From an uncultured Gammaproteobacteria bacterium (GTDB lineage: Bacteria > Patescibacteriota > Microgenomatia > Daviesbacterales > UBA10151), in assembly GCA_964362195.1 (NCBI GenBank), contig CAYICZ010000004.1, forward strand, positions 1-47,933: DNA of 47,933 bases. The letters run 5' to 3'. This document shows positions 35,889 through 45,264 of this stretch, piece after piece. The number at the start of each line of letters is the position of its first letter. The first letter of the stretch is position 1. The notes beneath the pieces were generated by a model. The model searched no databases and had not been told where the DNA came from. It saw only the letters and a program-made list of their open reading frames with translations. A program made the translations under genes and the position numbers.

Positions 35889-37112
35889 ATGAAATATTCG
35901 AAACTTTTTCCTAAAACTTTAAAACAAGCACCCAGCGGTGCGGAGTCTGTAAATCACCAACTTTTGGTCCGGGCAGGGTTTATTCACCAGGAAATGGCAG
36001 GGGTTTATACCTATTTGCCTTTAGGCTGGAAAGTATTGGATAAAATCTCAGATATAGTCAGGGAGGAAATGAATATCGTTGATGGGCAAGAACTAATTAT
36101 GCCTGTTTTGCACTCTGCCCAGAATTGGAAAAAAACCGGAAGATACGTCTCACTTGATGTGTTATACAGACTAAAAGGAACCGGCGATGCTGATTTAGTT
36201 TTAGGCCCAACTCATGAGGAAATTATTTATCCCTTGCTTGCAGAATACATAAATTCCTACAAAGATTTACCTCTTGCCTTGTATCAAATTCAGGTTAAAT
36301 TTAGGAATGAACCCAGGGCAAAAGCAGGATTACTTCGGGGGAGAGAGTTTTTAATGAAAGATTTATATTCTTTTCATACCTCGGACGAAGACCGCGATGA
36401 ATATTATGAAAAAGTCAGAAAGGCCTATCTTAAAATATTTACCAAGATTGGTTTACCGGTGGTTGAAACAAAAGCCGGTGGAGGTACTTTTTCTTCTATT
36501 TCACAGGAATTTCAGACTTTAACTCCATCAGGTGAAGATACAGTTTTTATTTGCGAAAAGTGTTCTCATGCTATAAACAAGGAATTAATTGAAGGAACAG
36601 ATTGTCCTGAATGTGGAGGCAAGTTAAAAGAGGAAAAGGCAATTGAGGTAGGAAATATATTTCCTTTAAAAAGAGCCTATGCTGAGGCATTTAATCTTAA
36701 CTTCACAGATCAAAATGGCCAGAAAACTATAGTTTCTGCAGGTTGTTATGGCTTGGGGATATCCAGAACCATGGGAGCGATTGTGGAAGTATTTCATGAT
36801 GAAAAAGGCATTATCTGGCCGGAATCTGTAGCGCCATATCAGGTGCATTTAATCGGACTGGGACTAGAAGATGAAAAAGTTAAATCAGAAGCTGAAAAAG
36901 TTTATAAGTTGCTGCAAGCAGATGGAGTTGAAGTTTTATATGATGATCGGGTGGAAGTTTCAGCCGGAGCAAAATTTGCAGATTGTGATTTAATCGGAAT
37001 TCCATACAGAATAGTTATTTCCAAAAAAACAGGAGAAAAGCTGGAAGTTAAAAAAAGATCAGAAAAACAAACTCAATTTGTCTACTTAGATGAATTGATA
37101 AAAATGCTATAA
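35889..37112 (+). CDS. proS: Proline--tRNA ligase (short, no editing domain)
   Basis: LLVRAGF, GPTHEE, KFRNEPR, REFLMKD, GCYGLG; start at MKYS, 7 nt after TAGAAT. Confidence 0.96.
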   Translation: MKYSKLFPKTLKQAPSGAESVNHQLLVRAGFIHQEMAGVYTYLPLGWKVLDKISDIVREEMNIVDGQELIMPVLHSAQNWKKTGRYVSLDVLYRLKGTGDADLVLGPTHEEIIYPLLAEYINSYKDLPLALYQIQVKFRNEPRAKAGLLRGREFLMKDLYSFHTSDEDRDEYYEKVRKAYLKIFTKIGLPVVETKAGGGTFSSISQEFQTLTPSGEDTVFICEKCSHAINKELIEGTDCPECGGKLKEEKAIEVGNIFPLKRAYAEAFNLNFTDQNGQKTIVSAGCYGLGISRTMGAIVEVFHDEKGIIWPESVAPYQVHLIGLGLEDEKVKSEAEKVYKLLQADGVEVLYDDRVEVSAGAKFADCDLIGIPYRIVISKKTGEKLEVKKRSEKQTQFVYLDELIKML

Positions 37113-37119
37113 TATAATT

Positions 37120-37344
37120 ATGATTTTTGAGGCAAGAAATAGTATGCCAGGGTATCCTTTTTACAGATCTGAACCAGAATTTTTAAAATGGTTTTTTAAT
37201 CGTTTTGATACCACCCCTGAGGAAAAAGATATTGATAGATGGAAAATAGTTGTAGAGCAGCAGTTAAGAAGTGCTCTAGAGTTACCTTTATTAAAAGCAG
37301 GTATGCCCCTGCCTTCAAAGATGCATCTTTTTAACAGGAATTGA
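37120..37344 (+). CDS. Small orphan protein
   Basis: 74-aa ORF with TGnTATAAT-6-ATG. Confidence 0.55.
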   Translation: MIFEARNSMPGYPFYRSEPEFLKWFFNRFDTTPEEKDIDRWKIVVEQQLRSALELPLLKAGMPLPSKMHLFNRN

Positions 37345-37378
37345 TTTTAAGGCTCATTTCTAATACAATACTTGCCAG

Positions 37379-38446
37379 ATGATAGCCAAAAATATAGTCA
37401 AACAGCCGAAAAGTATAGTTGAAGTAACAGTTACTGTCCCCTGGGAGGATTTATCTGGCACTTGGGATCAGACTTTAGCTAAAATGGTAACTGATGTAGA
37501 AATTGCCGGTTTTAGAAAAGGGGCGGCCCCTTTGCCAATGGTGGAATCTCAGCTTGGCCAAAGACTTCAGGATGAGGTATTAAAAACTGCTATGCCTAAT
37601 TTATTAATCCAGGCTCTTTCCGGATCTGATATTGTCCCAATTGATTACCCAAAATATGATTTAGTTTCTTTTGTGAAAGGCACTCAGTTGCAGTTTAAAG
37701 CAACTATTACCAACAGGCCAACTGTAACTGTGGGGAATTATAAAACAATTAAAGCTACAAAGCCTGTTATCAAACCGGTAACAGATGAGGAAGAGCAAAA
37801 AGTTATTGATGATTTATTCAAAAGATGGAAAGCGAAAAATTCTGTTGTACAACAACCAGCCTCTCAAACTGGGCCCGGCGGTTCAATAAATTTTAATGTC
37901 GGATCACAAACTAATGGACAAGCTGACACCCCAAACGAAGAATTCGCCAAAGCCATGGGGGCGATATCCTTAATTGATTTAAAAACTAAAGTCAGAAAAG
38001 ATTTGGAGGCCAATGTTACTTACAACAATGAACTGGACTACGAGGAAGCAATTTTGCAGGAAGTTGAAAAAATCACCACAGTTGAACTTCCGGATATTTT
38101 AATCCAGGACGAGTTAAATAGGATGCTGGTTTCCCTCCAAAGGAGGGTTGCAGATATGGGACTTCTTTTGGAGGATTATTTAAAAGGACAGGGTAAAACT
38201 TTGGAGCAGATTAAACAGGAATGGAAAGCTCAAGCTGAGAAAAATGTCAGGATGGAACTGGGATTGGCAGAGATTGCAAGGTCTGAGAATGTTAACATAA
38301 CTGATGCTGAGTTGCAAGCCGAAATAGATAAAATACAAGACCAAAAAGTAAAAGCGCAATTCGGCACTCAGGAACCGCGTCTTCATCTAAGACATGCACT
38401 AAGGCAAACCAGAACCTTAGATCTTTTAAAGAAAATGGTTGGTTAA
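37379..38446 (+). CDS. tig: Trigger factor lacking the PPIase domain
   Basis: IAGFRKGAAP ribosome-binding loop; C-terminal domain; low-complexity linker in place of FKBP. Confidence 0.88.
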   Translation: MIAKNIVKQPKSIVEVTVTVPWEDLSGTWDQTLAKMVTDVEIAGFRKGAAPLPMVESQLGQRLQDEVLKTAMPNLLIQALSGSDIVPIDYPKYDLVSFVKGTQLQFKATITNRPTVTVGNYKTIKATKPVIKPVTDEEEQKVIDDLFKRWKAKNSVVQQPASQTGPGGSINFNVGSQTNGQADTPNEEFAKAMGAISLIDLKTKVRKDLEANVTYNNELDYEEAILQEVEKITTVELPDILIQDELNRMLVSLQRRVADMGLLLEDYLKGQGKTLEQIKQEWKAQAEKNVRMELGLAEIARSENVNITDAELQAEIDKIQDQKVKAQFGTQEPRLHLRHALRQTRTLDLLKKMVG

Positions 38447-38779
38447 ATGAATGATTGTATCTTTTGTAAGATAATTAATAAAGAGATTCCCAAGGAATTT
38501 AGAGCTGAGTCAGAGAACTTAGTTGCTTTTGATGATATTAATCCTTCAGCAGATATACATATAGTAATAGTCCCCAAAAAGCATATAGGAGCAATGAGTG
38601 ATATTACACTTGAGCATGGAAATTTACTGGCTGAAATTTATCAAACAGCCAGTAAGTTAGCTGTAGACAATAATCTGACAGATAATTTATACAGAGTAGT
38701 GGTGAATGGCGGAAAAGCCCAACACATACCCCATTTACATTTTCACTTTTTAGGGGGACAATGGAAGAAATTCATCTGA
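38447..38779 (+). CDS. HIT family nucleotide hydrolase (Hint-like)
   Basis: CIFCKI, AFDDINP, HLHFH. Confidence 0.93.
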   Translation: MNDCIFCKIINKEIPKEFRAESENLVAFDDINPSADIHIVIVPKKHIGAMSDITLEHGNLLAEIYQTASKLAVDNNLTDNLYRVVVNGGKAQHIPHLHFHFLGGQWKKFI

Positions 38780-38794
38780 AGGAGGTGTTTTTAT

Positions 38795-38992
38795 TTGTCA
38801 ATTGTTGTTAAAGCCGGACCTGGTGATTCAACAGATTCAGTTATTAGAAAATTTCAAAAAAAAGTAGTTATGGAAGGTTTAGTGCAAGAGATCAGAGATA
38901 GATCAGTTTATAAAAAGCCTTCTCAAAAGCGCCAGGAGTATCTGGCTGAAAAAAGAAGAAAAATTATGAGGGCCCGTAGATATGGTGGATAA
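38795..38992 (+). CDS. rpsU: 30S ribosomal protein S21
   Basis: IRKFQKKV, YKKPSQKR; TTG start after strong SD AAGGAGGTG; precedes yqeY. Confidence 0.88.
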   Translation: MSIVVKAGPGDSTDSVIRKFQKKVVMEGLVQEIRDRSVYKKPSQKRQEYLAEKRRKIMRARRYGG

Positions 38993-39419
38993 GATTCAAT
39001 CAGATTTAAAACAAGCACAACTGTCAAGAGATGAGATTAAGGTTTCAACCTTAAGGCTTTTGCTTTCTGAAATTAAGAATGCAGAGATTGCCAAGGGTGG
39101 AGATCTTGGTGGTCCGGATATAGTTGCTATAGTTCAAAAAGAAGTAAAAAAAAGAAAAGAAGCTGCAATAGGTTTTCGTTCTGGAGGAAGAGAAGAAGCA
39201 GCTCAAAAAGAAGAAGCTGAAGCTAAAATTTTAGAAGGATATTTACCTACTCAGCTTTCAAATGAGGAATTGACTAAAATTATAGAAACAACTATAACTG
39301 AAGTAGGGGCAACTTCCATTAAGGATATGGGCAAGGTAATTGGCATAGTTATGGGTAAAGTCCGTAGCCAAGCAGACGGTGGATCAGTAAGCAGTATAGT
39401 TAAAGAAAAACTTTCATGA
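38982..39419 (+). CDS. yqeY: GatB/YqeY domain protein
   Basis: KEVKKRKE, YLPTQLS, KDMGKV, ADG. Confidence 0.93.
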   Translation: MVDKIQSDLKQAQLSRDEIKVSTLRLLLSEIKNAEIAKGGDLGGPDIVAIVQKEVKKRKEAAIGFRSGGREEAAQKEEAEAKILEGYLPTQLSNEELTKIIETTITEVGATSIKDMGKVIGIVMGKVRSQADGGSVSSIVKEKLS

Positions 39420-39829
39420 TTAATATAATTGTAAATTCAGATCCAAGATACAATATAAACCGCGCAGCTCTAAAAGCTGCAGTTTTGGAAGCTCTTATGA
39501 AAAATAGAGTTTCCGGCAAAATTGAAGTGGGGATTAATATTGTCGGGGATAGAAAAATGCACGAGCTAAACAATAAGTTCCGCGGCATTGACTCAACTAC
39601 TGATATTTTATCTTTTGCGCTGGAGGATTCAAATCCTTCCAGTTTGCAGCATATCCCCAGAATTGGTTTTATTTCTTCACCGGATAAAATTTTAAGACTT
39701 GGAGATATTGTTATCTCTTACCCGGAAGCATTGGAAGATGCATCATATGATGGAACATCAGTTGATGATGAAATAAAAAGTCTTGTTCAGCATGGTATAA
39801 ATCATCTTTTAGGAATTCACCACCTTTAA
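39416..39829 (+). CDS. ybeY: rRNA maturation endoribonuclease YbeY
   Basis: LNNKFRG, TDILSF, LGDIVIS, HGINHLLGIHH. Confidence 0.92.
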   Translation: MINIIVNSDPRYNINRAALKAAVLEALMKNRVSGKIEVGINIVGDRKMHELNNKFRGIDSTTDILSFALEDSNPSSLQHIPRIGFISSPDKILRLGDIVISYPEALEDASYDGTSVDDEIKSLVQHGINHLLGIHHL

Positions 39830-41337
39830 TGAAAAATGAGAATATTGCTTACTATTTAAAATACCGTCCGCAAAATCTTGATGATCTGATTGGTCAGGAA
39901 CAGGTTAAGAAAACTCTTCTTTCAGCCTTTTTAACGGGGAAGCTGTCCCATGCATATCTTTTTGTGGGACCGAGGGGAACAGGTAAAACCTCCACGGCAA
40001 GAATACTTGCTAAAATGGTAAATTGTGAAGGAGAGAACCCTCCCTGTAATAAATGTGATATATGTATTTCTATTACTGATGGATCGAATTTGGATTTAAT
40101 CGAAATCGATGCGGCATCAAACAGGGGCATTGAGGATATAAGATCACTTAGGGAAAAGATAAAACTTTCACCAACCAAAGCTAAGAAAAAAGTTTACATA
40201 ATTGATGAGGTTCATATGTTAACCACCGAGGCCTTTAATGCATTACTTAAAACTTTGGAAGAGCCGCCCAAACATGTATTATTTATTTTAGCTACCACCG
40301 AAGTTTCCAAAGTACCTCAAACAATTTTGTCCCGTGTTCAAAGATTAGATTTTAAATTGGCAACTATGTCTCAATTAATGGAAACTTTACAAAAAATTAT
40401 CTTAATAGAAAAGATAGATATTGATGATGAGGCTTTAAAATTTTTAATCAAAAGATCAGATGGATCTTTTAGAGATGGGGTAAAACTACTAGATCAGATA
40501 GCTTCTATGGAAGGAAAAATTACATCTGAAGTTTTGGAAAAGTTTTTAAAATCTTCAAATTTTGAAAATCTTTTTAAACTGATAAAAGATTTTTCTCAAA
40601 AAGATACAACAGGAGCCCTAACTTTAATAGTTAAAGAACTAGAAGGCGGAGTTGATATAAAAGAATTTATATTTTCTTTAATGCACATTTTGCGAAATTT
40701 AGTTTTTATTAAAAATAATTTAGGGGACCAATTGGTCAAAGAAGATTATTCAGAGGAGGATTACCAAAATCTCATCAAAGTTTCTGAAAGTTTTACCAAT
40801 CAGGATCTAGTGAAAAGTTTAGATATTTTACAAAAGGCATTGGAGAAGATGAAAACAAGTTCAATTCCATCGTTGCCTTTAGAGTTGTCAGTAGTGGAAA
40901 TATGTGGATCAGAAAAAACTCATCCTCAATCTTCTATCATCGAAACTCTACCTTCCACTCTCGATCATCCATCGTCGAATGATCCTTCTGATATTTTGAA
41001 AATTAAAGAAAAGTGGACTTTTGTGCTGGAAACTATCAGACCATACAATTTTTCCTTGGAAGCCTTACTTCGCTCTATTAATGTAATTGAATGTAGCGAT
41101 ACGCAGGTTTTTATGGAGGTGCCATACTCTTTTCATCAAAGAATCCTGGAAGCTCCCAAGAACAAAGATATTTTAGAATCAATACTTTCTGAAATTCTAG
41201 GCAGGAACATTAAGGTTTCGACTGTTTTGGGTAATAGACCAACCAGGCAGGAAGATATTGCTAATATAGAACTGGCAGCAGATGATGATATTATCCGCGC
41301 CGCTGCAGAAATCTTCAGTTCTGACAGTGTAAATTAA
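39829..41337 (+). CDS. dnaX: DNA polymerase III subunit gamma/tau
   Basis: KYRPQ, GPRGTGKT, EIDAASN, IIDEVHML, LKTLEEPP. Confidence 0.96.
   Translation: MKNENIAYYLKYRPQNLDDLIGQEQVKKTLLSAFLTGKLSHAYLFVGPRGTGKTSTARILAKMVNCEGENPPCNKCDICISITDGSNLDLIEIDAASNRGIEDIRSLREKIKLSPTKAKKKVYIIDEVHMLTTEAFNALLKTLEEPPKHVLFILATTEVSKVPQTILSRVQRLDFKLATMSQLMETLQKIILIEKIDIDDEALKFLIKRSDGSFRDGVKLLDQIASMEGKITSEVLEKFLKSSNFENLFKLIKDFSQKDTTGALTLIVKELEGGVDIKEFIFSLMHILRNLVFIKNNLGDQLVKEDYSEEDYQNLIKVSESFTNQDLVKSLDILQKALEKMKTSSIPSLPLELSVVEICGSEKTHPQSSIIETLPSTLDHPSSNDPSDILKIKEKWTFVLETIRPYNFSLEALLRSINVIECSDTQVFMEVPYSFHQRILEAPKNKDILESILSEILGRNIKVSTVLGNRPTRQEDIANIELAADDDIIRAAAEIFSSDSVN
40922..40977. repeat. Degenerate period-7 tract in the dnaX linker
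   Basis: ATCCTCA ATCTTCT ATCATCG AAACTCT ACCTTCC ACTCTCG ATCATCC ATCGTCG. Confidence 0.7.
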
Positions 41338-41388
41338 GAATTGTCACTTGTCACAGTTTGAAATCTGTTATATTATCTTCGCATCAAA

Positions 41389-42690
41389 ATGGCATTACAC
41401 GTTGCTGCAAAAAAAATTCCTGGATTAATTAAAGAAGAAGCACATAGGCAAAAGTATGGACTGGAAATGATCCCTTCGGAAAATTATGTTTCAGCGGATG
41501 TACTGAAAGCTTTGGGTTCAATTCTTACCAACAAATACTCAGAAGGTTTTCCCGGCAGAAGATATTACGGCGGCAATGAGATCATAGATAAAATAGAAAA
41601 TTATGCCATTGATTTAGCAAAGAAATTATTTGGTGTTCCGGTTGCGCTAGTCCAACCTTATTCCGGCTCTCCTGCAAATTTAATAATCACCATGGCTGTT
41701 TGTAATCCGGGTGATGTTGTTATGGGTTTGGCGCTATCATCAGGTGGACATTTAACTCATGGGGCTAAGTTGTCCTTTTCTTCTATTTTCTACAAAGCAG
41801 TAAATTATCATGTTGGAGATGATTGGAAAATAGATTTTGATGAGTTGGAAAAATTGGCCCAAGAAAATAAACCCAAATTAATCTGGGTAGGAACAACAGC
41901 TTATCCATTTAAGCTGGATTATAAAAAGTTTAGAGAAATTGCTGATATGGTAGGTGCCACCTTAGTTGCAGATTGCTCGCATATAACCGGCTTAATAATA
42001 GGAGGAGTACATGAGTCTCCTGTTCCATATGCAGATATTATTATGACCACAACTCATAAAACCCTCCGTGGTCCAAGAGGGGCAATAATTTTAGCAACTG
42101 AGCGAGGCGTCAAAAAAGATCCAGAAATAAAAGCTAAGTTGGAAAGAGCTCTAATTCCCGGAACCCAGGGTGGGCCGCATAATCATCAGACAGCAGCAAT
42201 TGCCGTATCTTTGGAAGAGGCGCTAAAACCAAGCTTTAAAAAATATGCTGTGCAGATTGCAAAAAATGCTAGAGTTTTAGCTAAAGAATTAGGGACTGTT
42301 TCAGAGACTCATTTAATTCTTTTATCTTTAACTAAATATGGATACGGGATGGGTTATCAGGCCCAATATGCACTTGAGGAGGCAGGGATAACTGTTAATA
42401 AAAACACCATTCCCGGAGAACCGGCTTCTCCTTTTTATCCCTCCGGAATTAGACTAGGTACACCTGCGCTAACAACCCGTGGAATGAAAGAAAAAGATAT
42501 GGTAAAAATTGCTGCTTGGATTAAAAGAGTTTTGGAGGAAATTAAAGGTTTGGATTTACCAAAAGAACAGGACAAAAGAAAAGAATTTCTGAAAGAGGTT
42601 AAAATAAAACTTCATCAAAACAAAAATCTTAAGAAAATAAGAACTGAGGTAGAAAGCTTTGCTGGAAAATTTCCTGTACCTGGTATATAA
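41389..42690 (+). CDS. glyA: Serine hydroxymethyltransferase
   Basis: IPSEN, NKYSEG, GGHLTHG, TTTHKTLRGPRG, SGIRLGT. Confidence 0.97.
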   Translation: MALHVAAKKIPGLIKEEAHRQKYGLEMIPSENYVSADVLKALGSILTNKYSEGFPGRRYYGGNEIIDKIENYAIDLAKKLFGVPVALVQPYSGSPANLIITMAVCNPGDVVMGLALSSGGHLTHGAKLSFSSIFYKAVNYHVGDDWKIDFDELEKLAQENKPKLIWVGTTAYPFKLDYKKFREIADMVGATLVADCSHITGLIIGGVHESPVPYADIIMTTTHKTLRGPRGAIILATERGVKKDPEIKAKLERALIPGTQGGPHNHQTAAIAVSLEEALKPSFKKYAVQIAKNARVLAKELGTVSETHLILLSLTKYGYGMGYQAQYALEEAGITVNKNTIPGEPASPFYPSGIRLGTPALTTRGMKEKDMVKIAAWIKRVLEEIKGLDLPKEQDKRKEFLKEVKIKLHQNKNLKKIRTEVESFAGKFPVPGI

Positions 42691-42696
42691 TTAGTT

Positions 42697-43500
42697 ATGA
42701 CTAAAGTTTCCGGTAAAGATGTAGCAGAAGCAATTTTAAAAAAATTAGAAAAAGAAATTCAAAAAAATAATCTCCATCCGTCTCTTGCAATAATTTTAGC
42801 AAATAATAATCCCTCATCCAGAATTTATGTAAACAATAAAATAAAAGCAGCAAAAAGAATTGGCATTGATGCAAAACTTTATGAATTTTCTGAAAATGAA
42901 TCTGAAGAATGTCTGGAAACAATTCAAGGATTGAACTCTGATCAAAAAATAAATGGAATAATAGTTCAGTATCCTGTTTATAACACCTGGAATTTTGATG
43001 AATTTGAAAATAGTATTTTCCCACAAAAGGATGTGGATGGGTTTTTAGAAAATTCTCCTTATTCTGGCGCCACGGCTTTGGCTGTATGGGAAATGTTAAC
43101 TGCTTTTACCTATATAGAAGGATTTAGAAAAACAGAAGATTTTTTAAAAGGCAAAAAAATTGTGCTAATTGGTAAGGGTAAAGCAGCTGGAGGGCCGACA
43201 TTTAAACTTTTAGAAAAAAAAGGGTTTAAGGTAAATGTGGTGGAAAAAGATACAGAAAATCCAACCCAAATTATAAAAAAAGGGGATGTAATAATTTCAG
43301 CAACAGGGGTTAAAAATATTGTGAATAAAAATAACTTAAAAAAGGATAGCTTTGTTGTTGGAGTTGGATTTGGAGACCTTAATGAGGAGGAAGTTTCAAA
43401 AATTGCTAGACTTTATAACCCAAATATTGGAGGAATAGGACCTTTAACAATTGTGAGCTTACTTAAGAATGTGGTAGAATCAGCAAAGAAAGCAAACTAA
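42697..43500 (+). CDS. folD: Methylene-THF dehydrogenase/cyclohydrolase (divergent)
   Basis: YVNNK, GIIVQYP, KDVDG, GGIGPLT. Confidence 0.88.
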   Translation: MTKVSGKDVAEAILKKLEKEIQKNNLHPSLAIILANNNPSSRIYVNNKIKAAKRIGIDAKLYEFSENESEECLETIQGLNSDQKINGIIVQYPVYNTWNFDEFENSIFPQKDVDGFLENSPYSGATALAVWEMLTAFTYIEGFRKTEDFLKGKKIVLIGKGKAAGGPTFKLLEKKGFKVNVVEKDTENPTQIIKKGDVIISATGVKNIVNKNNLKKDSFVVGVGFGDLNEEEVSKIARLYNPNIGGIGPLTIVSLLKNVVESAKKAN

Positions 43501-43502
43501 AT

Positions 43503-43781
43503 ATGGGACTGATGGATAATTTAAAACAACTTGGGGATCTTAAAAAAATGAGAGACCAGGCTATGGAAGTGCAAAAAAAACTGGCTGCAATTAAAATTAC
43601 TGTAGAGCATAAAGGGGTGATAGTAGTGATGACAGCAGACCAGAAAGTTGTCTCAATTTCAGGTGAAATGGATCATGGGAAAATTACAGAGGCTATTAAT
43701 GAGGCATTAAAGCAATCTCAAAAAGTAGCAGCTGATGAAATGAAACCAATGATGGGTGGGATGGGTATTCCAGGGATGTAA
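43503..43781 (+). CDS. ybaB: YbaB/EbfC nucleoid-associated protein
   Basis: MRDQAMEVQKKL, AINEA, MGIPGM; near dnaX and recR. Confidence 0.85.
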   Translation: MGLMDNLKQLGDLKKMRDQAMEVQKKLAAIKITVEHKGVIVVMTADQKVVSISGEMDHGKITEAINEALKQSQKVAADEMKPMMGGMGIPGM

Positions 43782-43785
43782 GAAT

Positions 43786-44214
43786 ATGTTTGAAGCTGTA
43801 GAAACAAATGTCGGTCATATAATAGCTGATGGAACAAGTACCAGAAAGGTAGCGCGGGCAGCTGCAACTTTAGCTGGAATTTCAAATATGGGAATTTGGG
43901 ATCTATCTAATCACGGTGATGATCTTCGAGAAAGAGTTGCAGTTATTAGCCCCACTACTCTTAGGAGAATACAAAGACATCCAGATCCTGAGATAGATTA
44001 TGAAATAACTGTAGGCAGGATTTACGATATTGGGCCAACAAATAGGTATATTGTAAGGGTAAATTCAGGAGTAGATTTAAGCTCTTTTGAAAATATCGGC
44101 GAACTGCTTAAACAATCTGAGCGAAATTCTTTTTTCGGAAAATTAAGATCACTTTGGAGCAGAGTTCATTTTACAATAGATGCAGCTAACGGCAAAAACC
44201 CCAATCAGTGGTAA
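43786..44214 (+). CDS. Orphan protein between ybaB and recR
   Basis: About 142-aa ORF filling the gap; no recognised motif. Confidence 0.6.
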   Translation: MFEAVETNVGHIIADGTSTRKVARAAATLAGISNMGIWDLSNHGDDLRERVAVISPTTLRRIQRHPDPEIDYEITVGRIYDIGPTNRYIVRVNSGVDLSSFENIGELLKQSERNSFFGKLRSLWSRVHFTIDAANGKNPNQW

Positions 44215-44247
44215 TTCCCAACAACTCTTGTTACAATTGTGCCCACT

Positions 44248-44844
44248 ATGGCGCATGTTCCTAAACCTGTTAAGAATTTAATTGAGGCTTTTGAAAGACT
44301 TCCCGGAATTGGCCCCAAAACCGCAGAAAGATTAACCTTTTATTTACTCCATGCCCCAAAAGAAGAATCAGACATGCTGGCAAAAGCTGCTGTTGAGATG
44401 AAAGAAAAAACTAAAATTTGCTCAATTTGTTTTAACATAGGAGAAGAAGAGCCCTGTTATATTTGTGCAGATTCCACAAGAGACCAATCCATAATTATGG
44501 TTGTTGAAAATCCGCTGGATGTTATGTCTTTGGAAAAGGCAAACTTCAAAGGGTTATATCATGTTTTACATGGAGTGATTTCTCCAATGGATAATATCGG
44601 ACCGGATGAGTTGCATATCAGAGAATTACTCCCAAGACTTAAGGGTGGAAAAGTAAAAGAATTAATTTTGGCAACTAATCCCACAATGGAAGGGGAGGCA
44701 ACAGCCATGTATATTCAAAGACTTATTTCTCCGCTGGGAATTAAAGTTACCAGAATTGCCAGAGGCTTGCCGGTTGGATCTGATATAGAGTATGCAGATG
44801 AAACAACGCTGTCTCGGGCGCTTGAAGGACGTAGCGATTACTAA
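44248..44844 (+). CDS. recR: Recombination mediator RecR
   Basis: LPGIGPKTAER, C4 zinc finger, YHVLHG, EGEATA, RIARG. Confidence 0.97.
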   Translation: MAHVPKPVKNLIEAFERLPGIGPKTAERLTFYLLHAPKEESDMLAKAAVEMKEKTKICSICFNIGEEEPCYICADSTRDQSIIMVVENPLDVMSLEKANFKGLYHVLHGVISPMDNIGPDELHIRELLPRLKGGKVKELILATNPTMEGEATAMYIQRLISPLGIKVTRIARGLPVGSDIEYADETTLSRALEGRSDY

Positions 44845-44856
44845 TATACTTAACTC

Positions 44857-45264
44857 ATGGCTGATAATGTAATGGGTGGAATAGGACAAATAACCGGGGA
44901 GGTTGGAGAGGTTGTCAAAGAAGTTGCCAAGGATGTTAAAGATGCGGTTGGAGAGGCCATAGAAGCCGGTGTTCAAGGAGCAGCGGGTTCTTCCTTAACT
45001 CCTCAACAGATTCAACAAAAGCAAGCAGAAGATCAAAAGAATTTAAGCGAAACCAGAAGAAAAATTGAATTCTTGAAGAAAATAGACCAGGAACAAAAAA
45101 TAGTCAGAGAGGCAAATAAACAAAAAGAAACACAAAGGCTGCAAAATCAGCAGCAGGAAAAACAAGTTAAAGAAATAAAGTTGGAACAAAAGAAAAAACA
45201 GCCAATTAATCCGGCATTAGCCTTTCTTGGTAAACCTGAGAAAAAAGGAGGAGTAGGTGGTTAA
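44857..45264 (+). CDS. Hypothetical Q/K/E-rich coiled-coil protein
   Basis: 135-aa ORF; promoter TTGAAG-17-TATACT-6-ATG. Confidence 0.7.
   Translation: MADNVMGGIGQITGEVGEVVKEVAKDVKDAVGEAIEAGVQGAAGSSLTPQQIQQKQAEDQKNLSETRRKIEFLKKIDQEQKIVREANKQKETQRLQNQQQEKQVKEIKLEQKKKQPINPALAFLGKPEKKGGVGG

Noticed and set aside
39829-41337. Programmed frameshift in dnaX
   Set aside because: No A-AAA-AAG slippery site or long A run with a downstream hairpin was seen near the domain III boundary.
41341-41354. TTGTCAC x2 upstream of glyA
   Set aside because: Only two units, and the second doubles as the likely -35 box; insufficient to call a tract.
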